DNA of 64,000 nt, from the NCBI GenBank assembly GCA_024688885.1, contig JAILDV010000003.1, positions 3,668-67,667 of the forward strand, written 5' to 3'. The translations under genes and the position numbers were made by a program. Of the stretch, positions 27,340 to 34,661 are shown one piece after another. The stretch's first letter is position 1; every line of letters begins with the position of its first letter. The DNA is from Bacteroidaceae bacterium. GTDB taxonomy: Bacteria > Bacteroidota > Bacteroidia > Bacteroidales > Bacteroidaceae. A model generated the notes under the pieces. It made no database searches and was not told where the DNA came from. It saw only the letters and a program-made list of their open reading frames with translations.

Positions 27340-28161
27340 ATGATTAGACTAAACAACAACATCGAAATTCCGCAGATGGGAGTCGGCACATGGACACTCA
27401 AGGGCGGAACTGCCATCAACAACGTATGCATGGCACTTAAGAAGGGATTCCGTCATATTGATACGGCTCAGATGTATGAAAATGAAGCAGAAGTTGGTCG
27501 GGGAATTATCAACAGCGGAGTGACTCGCAAAGAGATCTTTCTCACCACTAAAGTTGCCCCACCTACGATGCGTGAAGGCGAAAATGCTGTCAGAAAGTCC
27601 ATTGATGACAGTCTTTCACGATTGAACACCCCCTACCTCGATCTTCTGTTGATTCATTGGCCGGTGAAAGATTGTGTGAAATTCACATGGCAAATTATGG
27701 AATCGTATGTGAAAGATGGGAAAATCCGTTCCATAGGTGTCAGCAACTTCAATCCCAACCATCTGGAGGATTTACTTTCCTATGCGGAAGTCCGTCCTGT
27801 CATCAATCAGATAGAGGTTCATCCCTATATGTCACAAGTGGAGAATATTGAATTCAATCGTAACCTCGGCATTCAAGTCGAAGCATGGGGACCTTTCGGA
27901 CAGGGTGACATAGACATTGCAGGAAATCCTGTACTGCAAGCCTTGGCAACAAAGTATCAAAAGACCATTCCTCAAATTGTGCTCCGATGGATTGTACAGA
28001 GGGGACTCATCACCATTCCCCGATGCAAGCCCAACCATTTTGCCGAGAACCTTGCTGTCATGCAATTCTCGCTCACAAATGAGGATATGCAAGCGATCAA
28101 TGCGCTGAATCAGAATCATCGTTCTGACCCAAGAAATAATCCAGACAATTTCCCTTGGTAA
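27340..28161 (+). CDS. aldo/keto reductase
   Basis: 273 aa with ..GFRHIDTAQMYENE.., ..LIHWP.., ..IGVSNF.. motifs. Confidence 0.9.
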   Translation: MIRLNNNIEIPQMGVGTWTLKGGTAINNVCMALKKGFRHIDTAQMYENEAEVGRGIINSGVTRKEIFLTTKVAPPTMREGENAVRKSIDDSLSRLNTPYLDLLLIHWPVKDCVKFTWQIMESYVKDGKIRSIGVSNFNPNHLEDLLSYAEVRPVINQIEVHPYMSQVENIEFNRNLGIQVEAWGPFGQGDIDIAGNPVLQALATKYQKTIPQIVLRWIVQRGLITIPRCKPNHFAENLAVMQFSLTNEDMQAINALNQNHRSDPRNNPDNFPW

Positions 28162-28166
28162 AAATA

Positions 28167-28322
28167 ATGACAATGGCATATACAGGAAGATTTGAGCAAC
28201 ACGAGGACTATCGTCGTGAAGAACTGATACGGAAGATAGAACATGCCGTGGCAAATCTGACTCTTCAAGAGTTGGAGGCACTCTATTACGACATGAGCAC
28301 GAAGAATTATATTAACGATTAA
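28167..28322 (+). CDS. small ORF (51 aa), hypothetical
   Basis: ATG lies 6 nt after the AKR stop. It encodes MTMAYTGRFEQHEDYRREELIRKIEHAVANLTLQELEALYYDMSTKNYIND. It is below the track cutoff. Confidence 0.3.
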   Translation: MTMAYTGRFEQHEDYRREELIRKIEHAVANLTLQELEALYYDMSTKNYIND

Positions 28323-28436
28323 TTGAGTGGTGATTGAACAGTGCATATGACAGAACTGGAAAAATGCAACACAGAGATGGAATGCTGCTATGCTTCAAGC
28401 ACAACTGATACGAACTATTGAAAAGGATATAGAAGA

Positions 28437-28808
28437 ATGATTGAGATTGGACTTAAACATACCAGTGAATTGACAGTGGACGAATCCATCACCGCCATTC
28501 AGATGGGGTCAGGTGACCTGCCCGTACTTGCCACACCAGCCATGATGGCGTTGATGGAAAACGCAGCCATGCTGGCAGTTAAAGACGAACTTCCAGAAGG
28601 CTGCACCACGGTGGGTGGTCATATTGCATCCTCACACCTGAAACCTTCCAAGATAGGTGAAACGGTAATCGCCACAGCAGAAGTCACTAAAATTGAAGGA
28701 AAGAAAATTGAGTTTAAGGTAGCAGCCTACTCCGGCGACACGCTGTTGGGAGAAGGCACTCATTTGAGGTTCATTGTGGACAAGGAACGTTTCATGTCAA
28801 AGTTTTGA
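28437..28808 (+). CDS. hotdog-fold thioesterase family protein
   Basis: 123 aa with ..GSGDLPVLATPAMMALMENAA.. typical of FlK/YiiD-type thioesterases. Confidence 0.75.
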   Translation: MIEIGLKHTSELTVDESITAIQMGSGDLPVLATPAMMALMENAAMLAVKDELPEGCTTVGGHIASSHLKPSKIGETVIATAEVTKIEGKKIEFKVAAYSGDTLLGEGTHLRFIVDKERFMSKF

Positions 28809-28812
28809 ATAG

Positions 28813-29115
28813 ATGGAGTATCCCAAATTCATTATCACCAAGAATGGTTATTTCCGTTTAGGCATGGTTCATTTGCACAAAGACCTGCTCAAACCAGACG
28901 ACGTTTGTCTTGGAGGAGGATACTATCAGTTTGATTACACATCAAACCGAATTATCCTCAGCCGTTCTTCATACGACTATGGAGAACCTCGCTGGCATCT
29001 TTTGGAAACGCTGAAAGTACCCTCTGTGTATAAGGGGTTGCGATTGGTGTATTTTGATGATGACGGTCAAGAATTCGATGTTAGTCAACAACTTAAAATA
29101 GAATATTACAACTAA
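28813..29115 (+). CDS. hypothetical protein
   Basis: 100-aa ORF starting 5 nt after the previous gene. No family recognised. Confidence 0.55.
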   Translation: MEYPKFIITKNGYFRLGMVHLHKDLLKPDDVCLGGGYYQFDYTSNRIILSRSSYDYGEPRWHLLETLKVPSVYKGLRLVYFDDDGQEFDVSQQLKIEYYN

Positions 29116-29136
29116 TAGTAATAATAAACAAATCAA

Positions 29137-29166
29137 AAAATGGGTAGCCTTTCGGCTACCCATTTT
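29137..29166. terminator. bidirectional hairpin terminator
   Basis: AAAATGGGTAGCC-TTTC-GGCTACCCATTTT lies between convergent transcription units. Confidence 0.8.
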
Positions 29167-29167
29167 G

Positions 29168-29254
29168 CGGAAGGAGGGGGATTCGAACCCCCGGTACGGT
29201 AACCCGTACGTCAGTTTAGCAAACTGGTGGTTTCAGCCACTCACCCATCCTTCC
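29168..29254 (-). tRNA. tRNA-Ser (anticodon GCU)
   Basis: The reverse complement folds as acceptor GGAAGGA/TCCTTCC, anticodon loop TTGCTAA, long variable arm GTACGG-GTTA-CCGTAC, and T arm GGGGG-TTCGAAT-CCCCC. Confidence 0.9.
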
Positions 29255-29335
29255 GGAACTGTGCGTTCTGAATTTGCTCCGACAAGTGCATTTCTCCTTG
29301 GCTAAAGGTGCTCCTTTGTCTTTTGCGAGTGCAAA

Positions 29336-29452
29336 GGTAGTGCAAATTTTAGACACTACAAAATAAAAGAATACTTTTTTTATATTTTTAGTGTTAAAAT
29401 GCAGCCTGCCTTATTCAACGGTAGTGCAAATTTTAGACACTACAAAATAAAA
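29336..29452. repeat. 33-bp perfect direct repeat pair next to tRNA-Ser
   Basis: GGTAGTGCAAATTTTAGACACTACAAAATAAAA occurs at 29336..29368 and again at 29420..29452. Confidence 0.85.
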
Positions 29453-29515
29453 TTGAGGAAAAAATCGTACCTTTGCGGAAAATTTATGCTGTACATTATA
29501 TATAATAATAGAAAT

Positions 29516-30343
29516 ATGCATTCAAGACAAGAAAAGATGGAGGCTTTCGGACGTTTGCTTGACGTAATGGATGACCTCCGTGAAAAATGCCCTTGGGACA
29601 GGAAACAAACCAACGAGTCGTTGCGCCCCAACACAATTGAGGAAACATACGAACTTTGTGATGCCCTCATGAAAGAGGACAATCTCAATATCTGCAAGGA
29701 ATTGGGAGATGTGTTGCTCCACATCGTCTTCTATTCGAAGATTGGTGAAGAGAAAGGCGCTTTCGATGTGGCAGATGTGTGCCATAAGCTATGTGATAAG
29801 CTCATCTTCCGTCACCCTCATGTGTATGGTGATGTAAAGGCAGAGACAGCCAGCGATGTGAAACGTACTTGGGAACAAATCAAAACCAAAGAGAAAGACG
29901 GCAACAAGACCGTACTGTCAGGAGTGCCCGACGCTCTACCCTCTCTCATCAAGGCTTACCGCATTCAAGACAAAGCTCGTAATGTGGGCTTTGATTGGGA
30001 AGAACGGCGCGATGTGTGGAAGAAGGTGAAGGAGGAAATCACTGAGTTTGAAGCAGAAGTGGAGACACTTTACAATAATGCTGAGACAGATGAGGCAAAA
30101 GCGGCCGCCAAGCAACATGCCACTGAAGAATTTGGCGATGTGATGTTCAGTCTTATCAATGCTGCACGTCTCTATAAAATCAACCCTGACAACGCTCTCG
30201 AACACACTAACCAGAAGTTCATCAAGCGCTTTAACTACGTGGAAGCCAAAGCGAAAGAAAAAGGTCAGGACTTGAAAGACCTGACCTTGGAACAAATGGA
30301 TGCTTGGTGGAATGAAGCCAAGCAGATTCCAACAAAGGGATAA
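29516..30343 (+). CDS. mazG: nucleoside triphosphate pyrophosphohydrolase MazG
   Basis: Has ..LREKCPWDRKQTNESL.., tandem MazG domains and EEFGDVMFSLIN. I prefer Met 29516, downstream of the TACCTTTG box at ~29468, over the track start at 29399. Confidence 0.9.
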   Translation: MHSRQEKMEAFGRLLDVMDDLREKCPWDRKQTNESLRPNTIEETYELCDALMKEDNLNICKELGDVLLHIVFYSKIGEEKGAFDVADVCHKLCDKLIFRHPHVYGDVKAETASDVKRTWEQIKTKEKDGNKTVLSGVPDALPSLIKAYRIQDKARNVGFDWEERRDVWKKVKEEITEFEAEVETLYNNAETDEAKAAAKQHATEEFGDVMFSLINAARLYKINPDNALEHTNQKFIKRFNYVEAKAKEKGQDLKDLTLEQMDAWWNEAKQIPTKG

Positions 30344-30345
30344 TC

Positions 30346-31539
30346 TTACTTCACATACACCTTCTTGGTCGTGCCGTCTTCCATAAGAATGATGTTCAAA
30401 CCTTTCTGCAAGGTGACAGCAGGAGTTCCTGATGGTGTGTAGATGCGCTTCGGCGTGACATCGTCATTGGTTGTAACGCTTTCAATCGCATCAACGAAAG
30501 TGAAGGTGCCCGTGATGGTCACATCCTCGTTTGGCATCGTCTCAGGAATGTCGCTCCAGCCAGAGAAGGTGTAGCCATCTTTGGTGGGTTCTTCCTCAGG
30601 ACTGATGGCAGAGCCATGAGGCACTTCGTAAGTCTTGTAGATTTCTCCGTCCACCATATAAGTGAGCGTGGAACATTCCACAACAGCAAACACCTCTGTG
30701 ATGGGGTCGCTCCATCTGCCCTTCGAGTCGGAGACATACCATGTGAAAGTATGGTCGCCCTCCTCCAGGTCGCCTATGTCGATGGTGAGGGAATGGCTGT
30801 CGTCAATGGTGCCCATCACCTTATGCTCCTTGTCACCGTCTATCCAGTAGAGGTAGTTGACGAGGGTGGCATCCGAAGGTTCAGGAGTTGAAGCCACGTA
30901 GAACATGCGTGCCATCTGATTGCTCCACACGCCATTGTTGTCCTGCACGCGCATGGTGAGCATGTGAAGACCTGCCGGGAGGCTGCTGATGTCGATGACA
31001 GCAGGGGTGTCGTCTATTTTCTGACGGTCGGCAATCTTGCCGTCAATCCAGAATTCACGAGCCGTGATGCTGGTGGCATCGGCATGGGCAGCAGATGACA
31101 CGAAGAAGGTGCGGGTCATCTGGTTGCTCCACACGCCCTTGTTGTCCTTCACACGCACCATCAGTTTATGCAAGCCATCATCCAGTTGGCTGATGTCGAT
31201 GACTTGTGTGTTGAGTGTTGTGGCTGTTGTCTGTTTCACGTCGTCAATCCAGTATTCTGCTGCCGCGACGCTGGTGGCATCAGCATGAGCATCTGGCATC
31301 ACGTAGAACAGACGCGCAATCTGGTTGCTCCACAAGCCCTTGCTGTCTTTCACGCGCACGGTCAACTTGTGCAACCCAGGCGAGAGGCTGCTGATGTCGA
31401 TGGTGGTGCCCGGCGAGAGTGCCTTGCGGGCAGCGATGTCACCGTCTATCCAGTACTCGCCTCCAGTTATTTGTGCTGTAATAGAAGTGCTGAAAATCAT
31501 CACCACAACTAACAGCATCGTTTTCATTATGTTTCTCAT
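30346..31539 (-). CDS. T9SS-sorted surface protein with four Y_Y_Y-like repeats and a Listeria-Bacteroides repeat
   Basis: 397 aa with a signal peptide. There are four copies of EYWIDG..LH.L.VRV.D..G.WSNQ. The segment ..YTFSGWSDIPETMPNEDVTITGTF.. is Listeria-Bacteroides-repeat-like. The C-terminal end looks CTD-like. Confidence 0.8.
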   Translation of the reverse strand: MRNIMKTMLLVVVMIFSTSITAQITGGEYWIDGDIAARKALSPGTTIDISSLSPGLHKLTVRVKDSKGLWSNQIARLFYVMPDAHADATSVAAAEYWIDDVKQTTATTLNTQVIDISQLDDGLHKLMVRVKDNKGVWSNQMTRTFFVSSAAHADATSITAREFWIDGKIADRQKIDDTPAVIDISSLPAGLHMLTMRVQDNNGVWSNQMARMFYVASTPEPSDATLVNYLYWIDGDKEHKVMGTIDDSHSLTIDIGDLEEGDHTFTWYVSDSKGRWSDPITEVFAVVECSTLTYMVDGEIYKTYEVPHGSAISPEEEPTKDGYTFSGWSDIPETMPNEDVTITGTFTFVDAIESVTTNDDVTPKRIYTPSGTPAVTLQKGLNIILMEDGTTKKVYVK

Positions 31540-31573
31540 CTGTTAGTGTTTTTGTTTGTTAGGTGATGCATGT

Positions 31574-32635
31574 TTATCGAGTCTCAGCCTGATAGTCCAC
31601 TTTCAGTTGTTTGCCGCTGATGGTCAACTTCAAATCCTTCACAACAGGTGTATGAGGCGCCTTGTTCCAAGGGTATTTGCCACCATTGATACCAATTTGT
31701 GTGCCGTCATCGCCCATGTAGGCATCCGGAGTTTTCAACTCATAAGTGCGGGTGTCTGAATAGGCAAAACCTCCTGGGTCATTGAAAGACTCTTCCCAAT
31801 TGATACCGAAGAAGTTGTTGGTGCTGCCAAGCATACCTGCATCAAGTGCCTCGTCTTGCATCATACAATATCTGTAGATCTGGTTGGCTTCCTTATCAGC
31901 CAGCCAAACAGTACTATTCAGACATACAAATGGGCCATGTCCACCATATGAACTATACCAGCCACAGTTAACCAAACAATGATTGAACACGAGGTTATTG
32001 CCCGCTTTGGTGGTATGTGCTATAGAGTTGTTACCAATACCAACATAGCAGTTTTCTAATGTCATGTCATAAAATGCACACAATTTGCCAACAGAAAGAC
32101 AACATTGAATTAATTGAATATTTTTATGTTCTGTTTCCCTGAAAGCCACGCTGTTATTCCCGAAATCACCTGTAATATAACATTTCACCAACTCCAGACC
32201 ATCGATGATGTTTGTCATTTCACTGGTGATAACAGCGCTAAAGCCATGGTTGAACCTTAATCCTTCAAGGTGAATGTTGTGGGGAGGTGTCAGTGTTTCT
32301 GGCAGGTTGACATCCACACGCCCAGCGATGTTTGTTGGACGAATGCTATTGTCAGCCGTATTCTCATTGTTCTTTGGCGTGTTGTCTGTCACCCATCCTG
32401 CTCCATAGATATTCACGCACTTGGTGATTTCGCAGGCATTGAACGTACCAGCGGAGAGTGTGATGGTGGCACCACGGTCAGGGGCAGCCTCCATCGCGTC
32501 CTTCAGCGCATCTTCGCCATAGAAGATTTGGGCGTTGTCGCCATTCTGCAAGATGGCACTTTGTTCGTCAGTCACTTGCGCGTTGCCCATCATGGCACCG
32601 CAAAGCATTGCTAAGGTAAAGAAAACTTTTTTCAT
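31574..32635 (-). CDS. hypothetical secreted protein (possibly beta-helix fold)
   Basis: 353 aa with a signal peptide (..GAMMGNAQ). Confidence 0.65.
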   Translation of the reverse strand: MKKVFFTLAMLCGAMMGNAQVTDEQSAILQNGDNAQIFYGEDALKDAMEAAPDRGATITLSAGTFNACEITKCVNIYGAGWVTDNTPKNNENTADNSIRPTNIAGRVDVNLPETLTPPHNIHLEGLRFNHGFSAVITSEMTNIIDGLELVKCYITGDFGNNSVAFRETEHKNIQLIQCCLSVGKLCAFYDMTLENCYVGIGNNSIAHTTKAGNNLVFNHCLVNCGWYSSYGGHGPFVCLNSTVWLADKEANQIYRYCMMQDEALDAGMLGSTNNFFGINWEESFNDPGGFAYSDTRTYELKTPDAYMGDDGTQIGINGGKYPWNKAPHTPVVKDLKLTISGKQLKVDYQAETR

Positions 32636-32756
32636 TGTTCTTTCAGATTTAGAGTTAATATTAATGTTATTTTTTACTAGTATTCAGGATGGTCGTGCAA
32701 ACATTTTTCTGCCACAAAGTTAAAGGATACAAGGTGAAAGACGAAGAAAAGGCAAA

Positions 32757-32793
32757 TAAAACGACCGACAAATTCGGAAAATGTCGGTCGTTT
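32757..32793 (-). terminator. hairpin terminator of the AraC-type gene
   Basis: On the minus strand: ACGACCGACA-TTTTCCGAATT-TGTCGGTCGT followed by TTTATTT. Confidence 0.7.
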
Positions 32794-32794
32794 C

Positions 32795-34486
32795 TTATTT
32801 TTGGTCGTCGTTTTTCCACTCTGTCGGGGTCTTGCCTGTATGTTCCTTGAAGTAGCGGGTCAAAGCTTTGTCGTTGGAGAAGCCTGATTCCATCGCCACA
32901 ACGGAGATTTTCTTATCGGGATATTGCCGCATCAAATTCTTGGCATAATCCATACGGTAGTCGTTAACAAACTGCAAGAAGGAACATCCTTTGATGGCTT
33001 TGATACAATCTGACACATACCTACTATTGGTACCCAAGGCAACAGCAATATCAGACACTTTCAAACCCGGACGGAGGAAAAGTTGCTGCTCGTCCATCAA
33101 CTGGCAGATGCGTTGCATCAGTTGTTCATCACTCCTGACAGGTGTGGCATTGAATGATTCTTTTTCGGATGCTGTCGATGGCTCTTTCTGAGGTCTTTTG
33201 AGTTTGACAATCAGGAATACGCCCACTAAAATTAAGATGAGCAGTGCGATTCCTCCCCACAACCAACCACTCATGCCATCCATACCATCTTTTGAAACGG
33301 TCTGAGTTTCATGGCTGAAACGTAGAAGCCAGACTTGAGCTGATGAAGAAAAGTTCCCATTAGGCACAGGACTAACACCACCTGTCAACATCAAATCTCC
33401 GTCTTTCGTCAATATGGGAATGGTCATCAATGCTGCATCTGGCAAAGGATCGGTATGGTAAAGCGTTAGTGGTGCAGGACTTTTGGCATAGTCGATGCAT
33501 AGTGCATAAAGACGGTGGCTATTGTCAAATCCCACAATGTAACCCCGTTGACGTAAACGGTCTACAAAGACAGGACTGATGTATTGAATCTGTCCGCCAA
33601 CACCATTCATCGGCACAGGACACACCGTGGAAAGGGGTGAAAACAACGTATCGCGCACTTCAACGATTGCCACCTGACCGCTTTCATTCTTCACAGGCAT
33701 CAGGTAGGCATAAATGCCTTTTGCCTCGTCGCCAATGAAACTATCATCACTATGGAGTGCCAAGTCGTATTTCAAAGGACGCCATGTCTCAAACAAAGGG
33801 GCATTGAACGCATCGCCTCGCAAACGATCCACCATGGGAGTCTTGATTTGCTCGCCATGTATGTCGTAACCAGCCACAATGACAGCATCGTTATTGGAGG
33901 TGCGAAAAATATGAGGCAGACAACGTGTCTGTGACACCTCTTTTATATGCGTGAAGTTGAAAGCCCCATCGAACATCTCCATGCTGTCATCTGCATACCA
34001 ATTGCCCACTATCAACACTTTGCCACTATCTAATTCGACGGCACCTGCTGAAGCCCTTTTTTGATCTAGACAGCCAAATCCCATGAAATGATGCGTATCA
34101 GGGTCATACATTTCAACCTCATAAGTCTGTCCTATGCCCAAATTATCCTTAAATCCTCCTGCTATCAGTACTTTCCCTGATTTCATAACAACAGAAAAGC
34201 CTCCATCATGGATATAAACTGTTTGCAACAAATGCCATTCGCCATCTTTGTAATACTCAGCCGTAGCAGTAGGAACAAAGCCCGATGTGTGTCCACCCAC
34301 CACCGTCACTTCGCCATTGACGACAAAAACAGAGTGCCCGCTACGAGGTACATTCAGGTCAGGCAACCGCTCCACCTCAATTTTGACAAAAGGGCAGTCG
34401 GTTGCTTTGTCACCACTCGTAGCCATCGTCCGCGTCGTCACTACCAGCGCAATACATAATAATATGAAATGTAATACTGATTTCAT
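32795..34486 (-). CDS. membrane-anchored one-component regulator: Kelch-type beta-propeller, TM helix, AraC-type HTH
   Basis: 563 aa with a signal peptide. It has Kelch-like repeats (..PRSGHSVFVVNGEVTVVGG..,..KVLIAGG..), a TM segment (WLWGGIALLILILVGVFLIV) and a C-terminal AraC HTH (..FLQFVNDYRMDYAKNLM..ALTRYFKEHTGKTPTEW). Confidence 0.85.
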   Translation of the reverse strand: MKSVLHFILLCIALVVTTRTMATSGDKATDCPFVKIEVERLPDLNVPRSGHSVFVVNGEVTVVGGHTSGFVPTATAEYYKDGEWHLLQTVYIHDGGFSVVMKSGKVLIAGGFKDNLGIGQTYEVEMYDPDTHHFMGFGCLDQKRASAGAVELDSGKVLIVGNWYADDSMEMFDGAFNFTHIKEVSQTRCLPHIFRTSNNDAVIVAGYDIHGEQIKTPMVDRLRGDAFNAPLFETWRPLKYDLALHSDDSFIGDEAKGIYAYLMPVKNESGQVAIVEVRDTLFSPLSTVCPVPMNGVGGQIQYISPVFVDRLRQRGYIVGFDNSHRLYALCIDYAKSPAPLTLYHTDPLPDAALMTIPILTKDGDLMLTGGVSPVPNGNFSSSAQVWLLRFSHETQTVSKDGMDGMSGWLWGGIALLILILVGVFLIVKLKRPQKEPSTASEKESFNATPVRSDEQLMQRICQLMDEQQLFLRPGLKVSDIAVALGTNSRYVSDCIKAIKGCSFLQFVNDYRMDYAKNLMRQYPDKKISVVAMESGFSNDKALTRYFKEHTGKTPTEWKNDDQK

Positions 34487-34572
34487 CAGTTTTTTAGCGA
34501 ATCTTGTCGAACTACAATTGATATTTGTGACAAAGGTAGCAAAAACTATGATACGGGAAAGGATACCACCCT

Positions 34573-34636
34573 ATAAAACAACAGACAAATTCGGAAAATG
34601 TCGGTCATTTCTTGTTTTTGGCGGTTGTTATCCCAC
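34573..34636. repeat. second copy of the AraC-gene 3' end plus terminator module
   Basis: ATAAAACAACAGACAAATTCGGAAAATGTCGGTCATTTCTTGTTTTTGGCGGTTGTTATCCCA closely matches 32756..32818. Confidence 0.7.
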
Positions 34637-34661
34637 ACGGCAAGACATTCTTGTGTCTTTT

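Noticed and set aside
28345-28419. 24-codon Cys-rich ORF (MTELEKCNTEMECCYASSTTDTNY) upstream of the thioesterase gene.
   Set aside because: It is very short, with no supporting promoter or conservation evidence available from the sequence alone.
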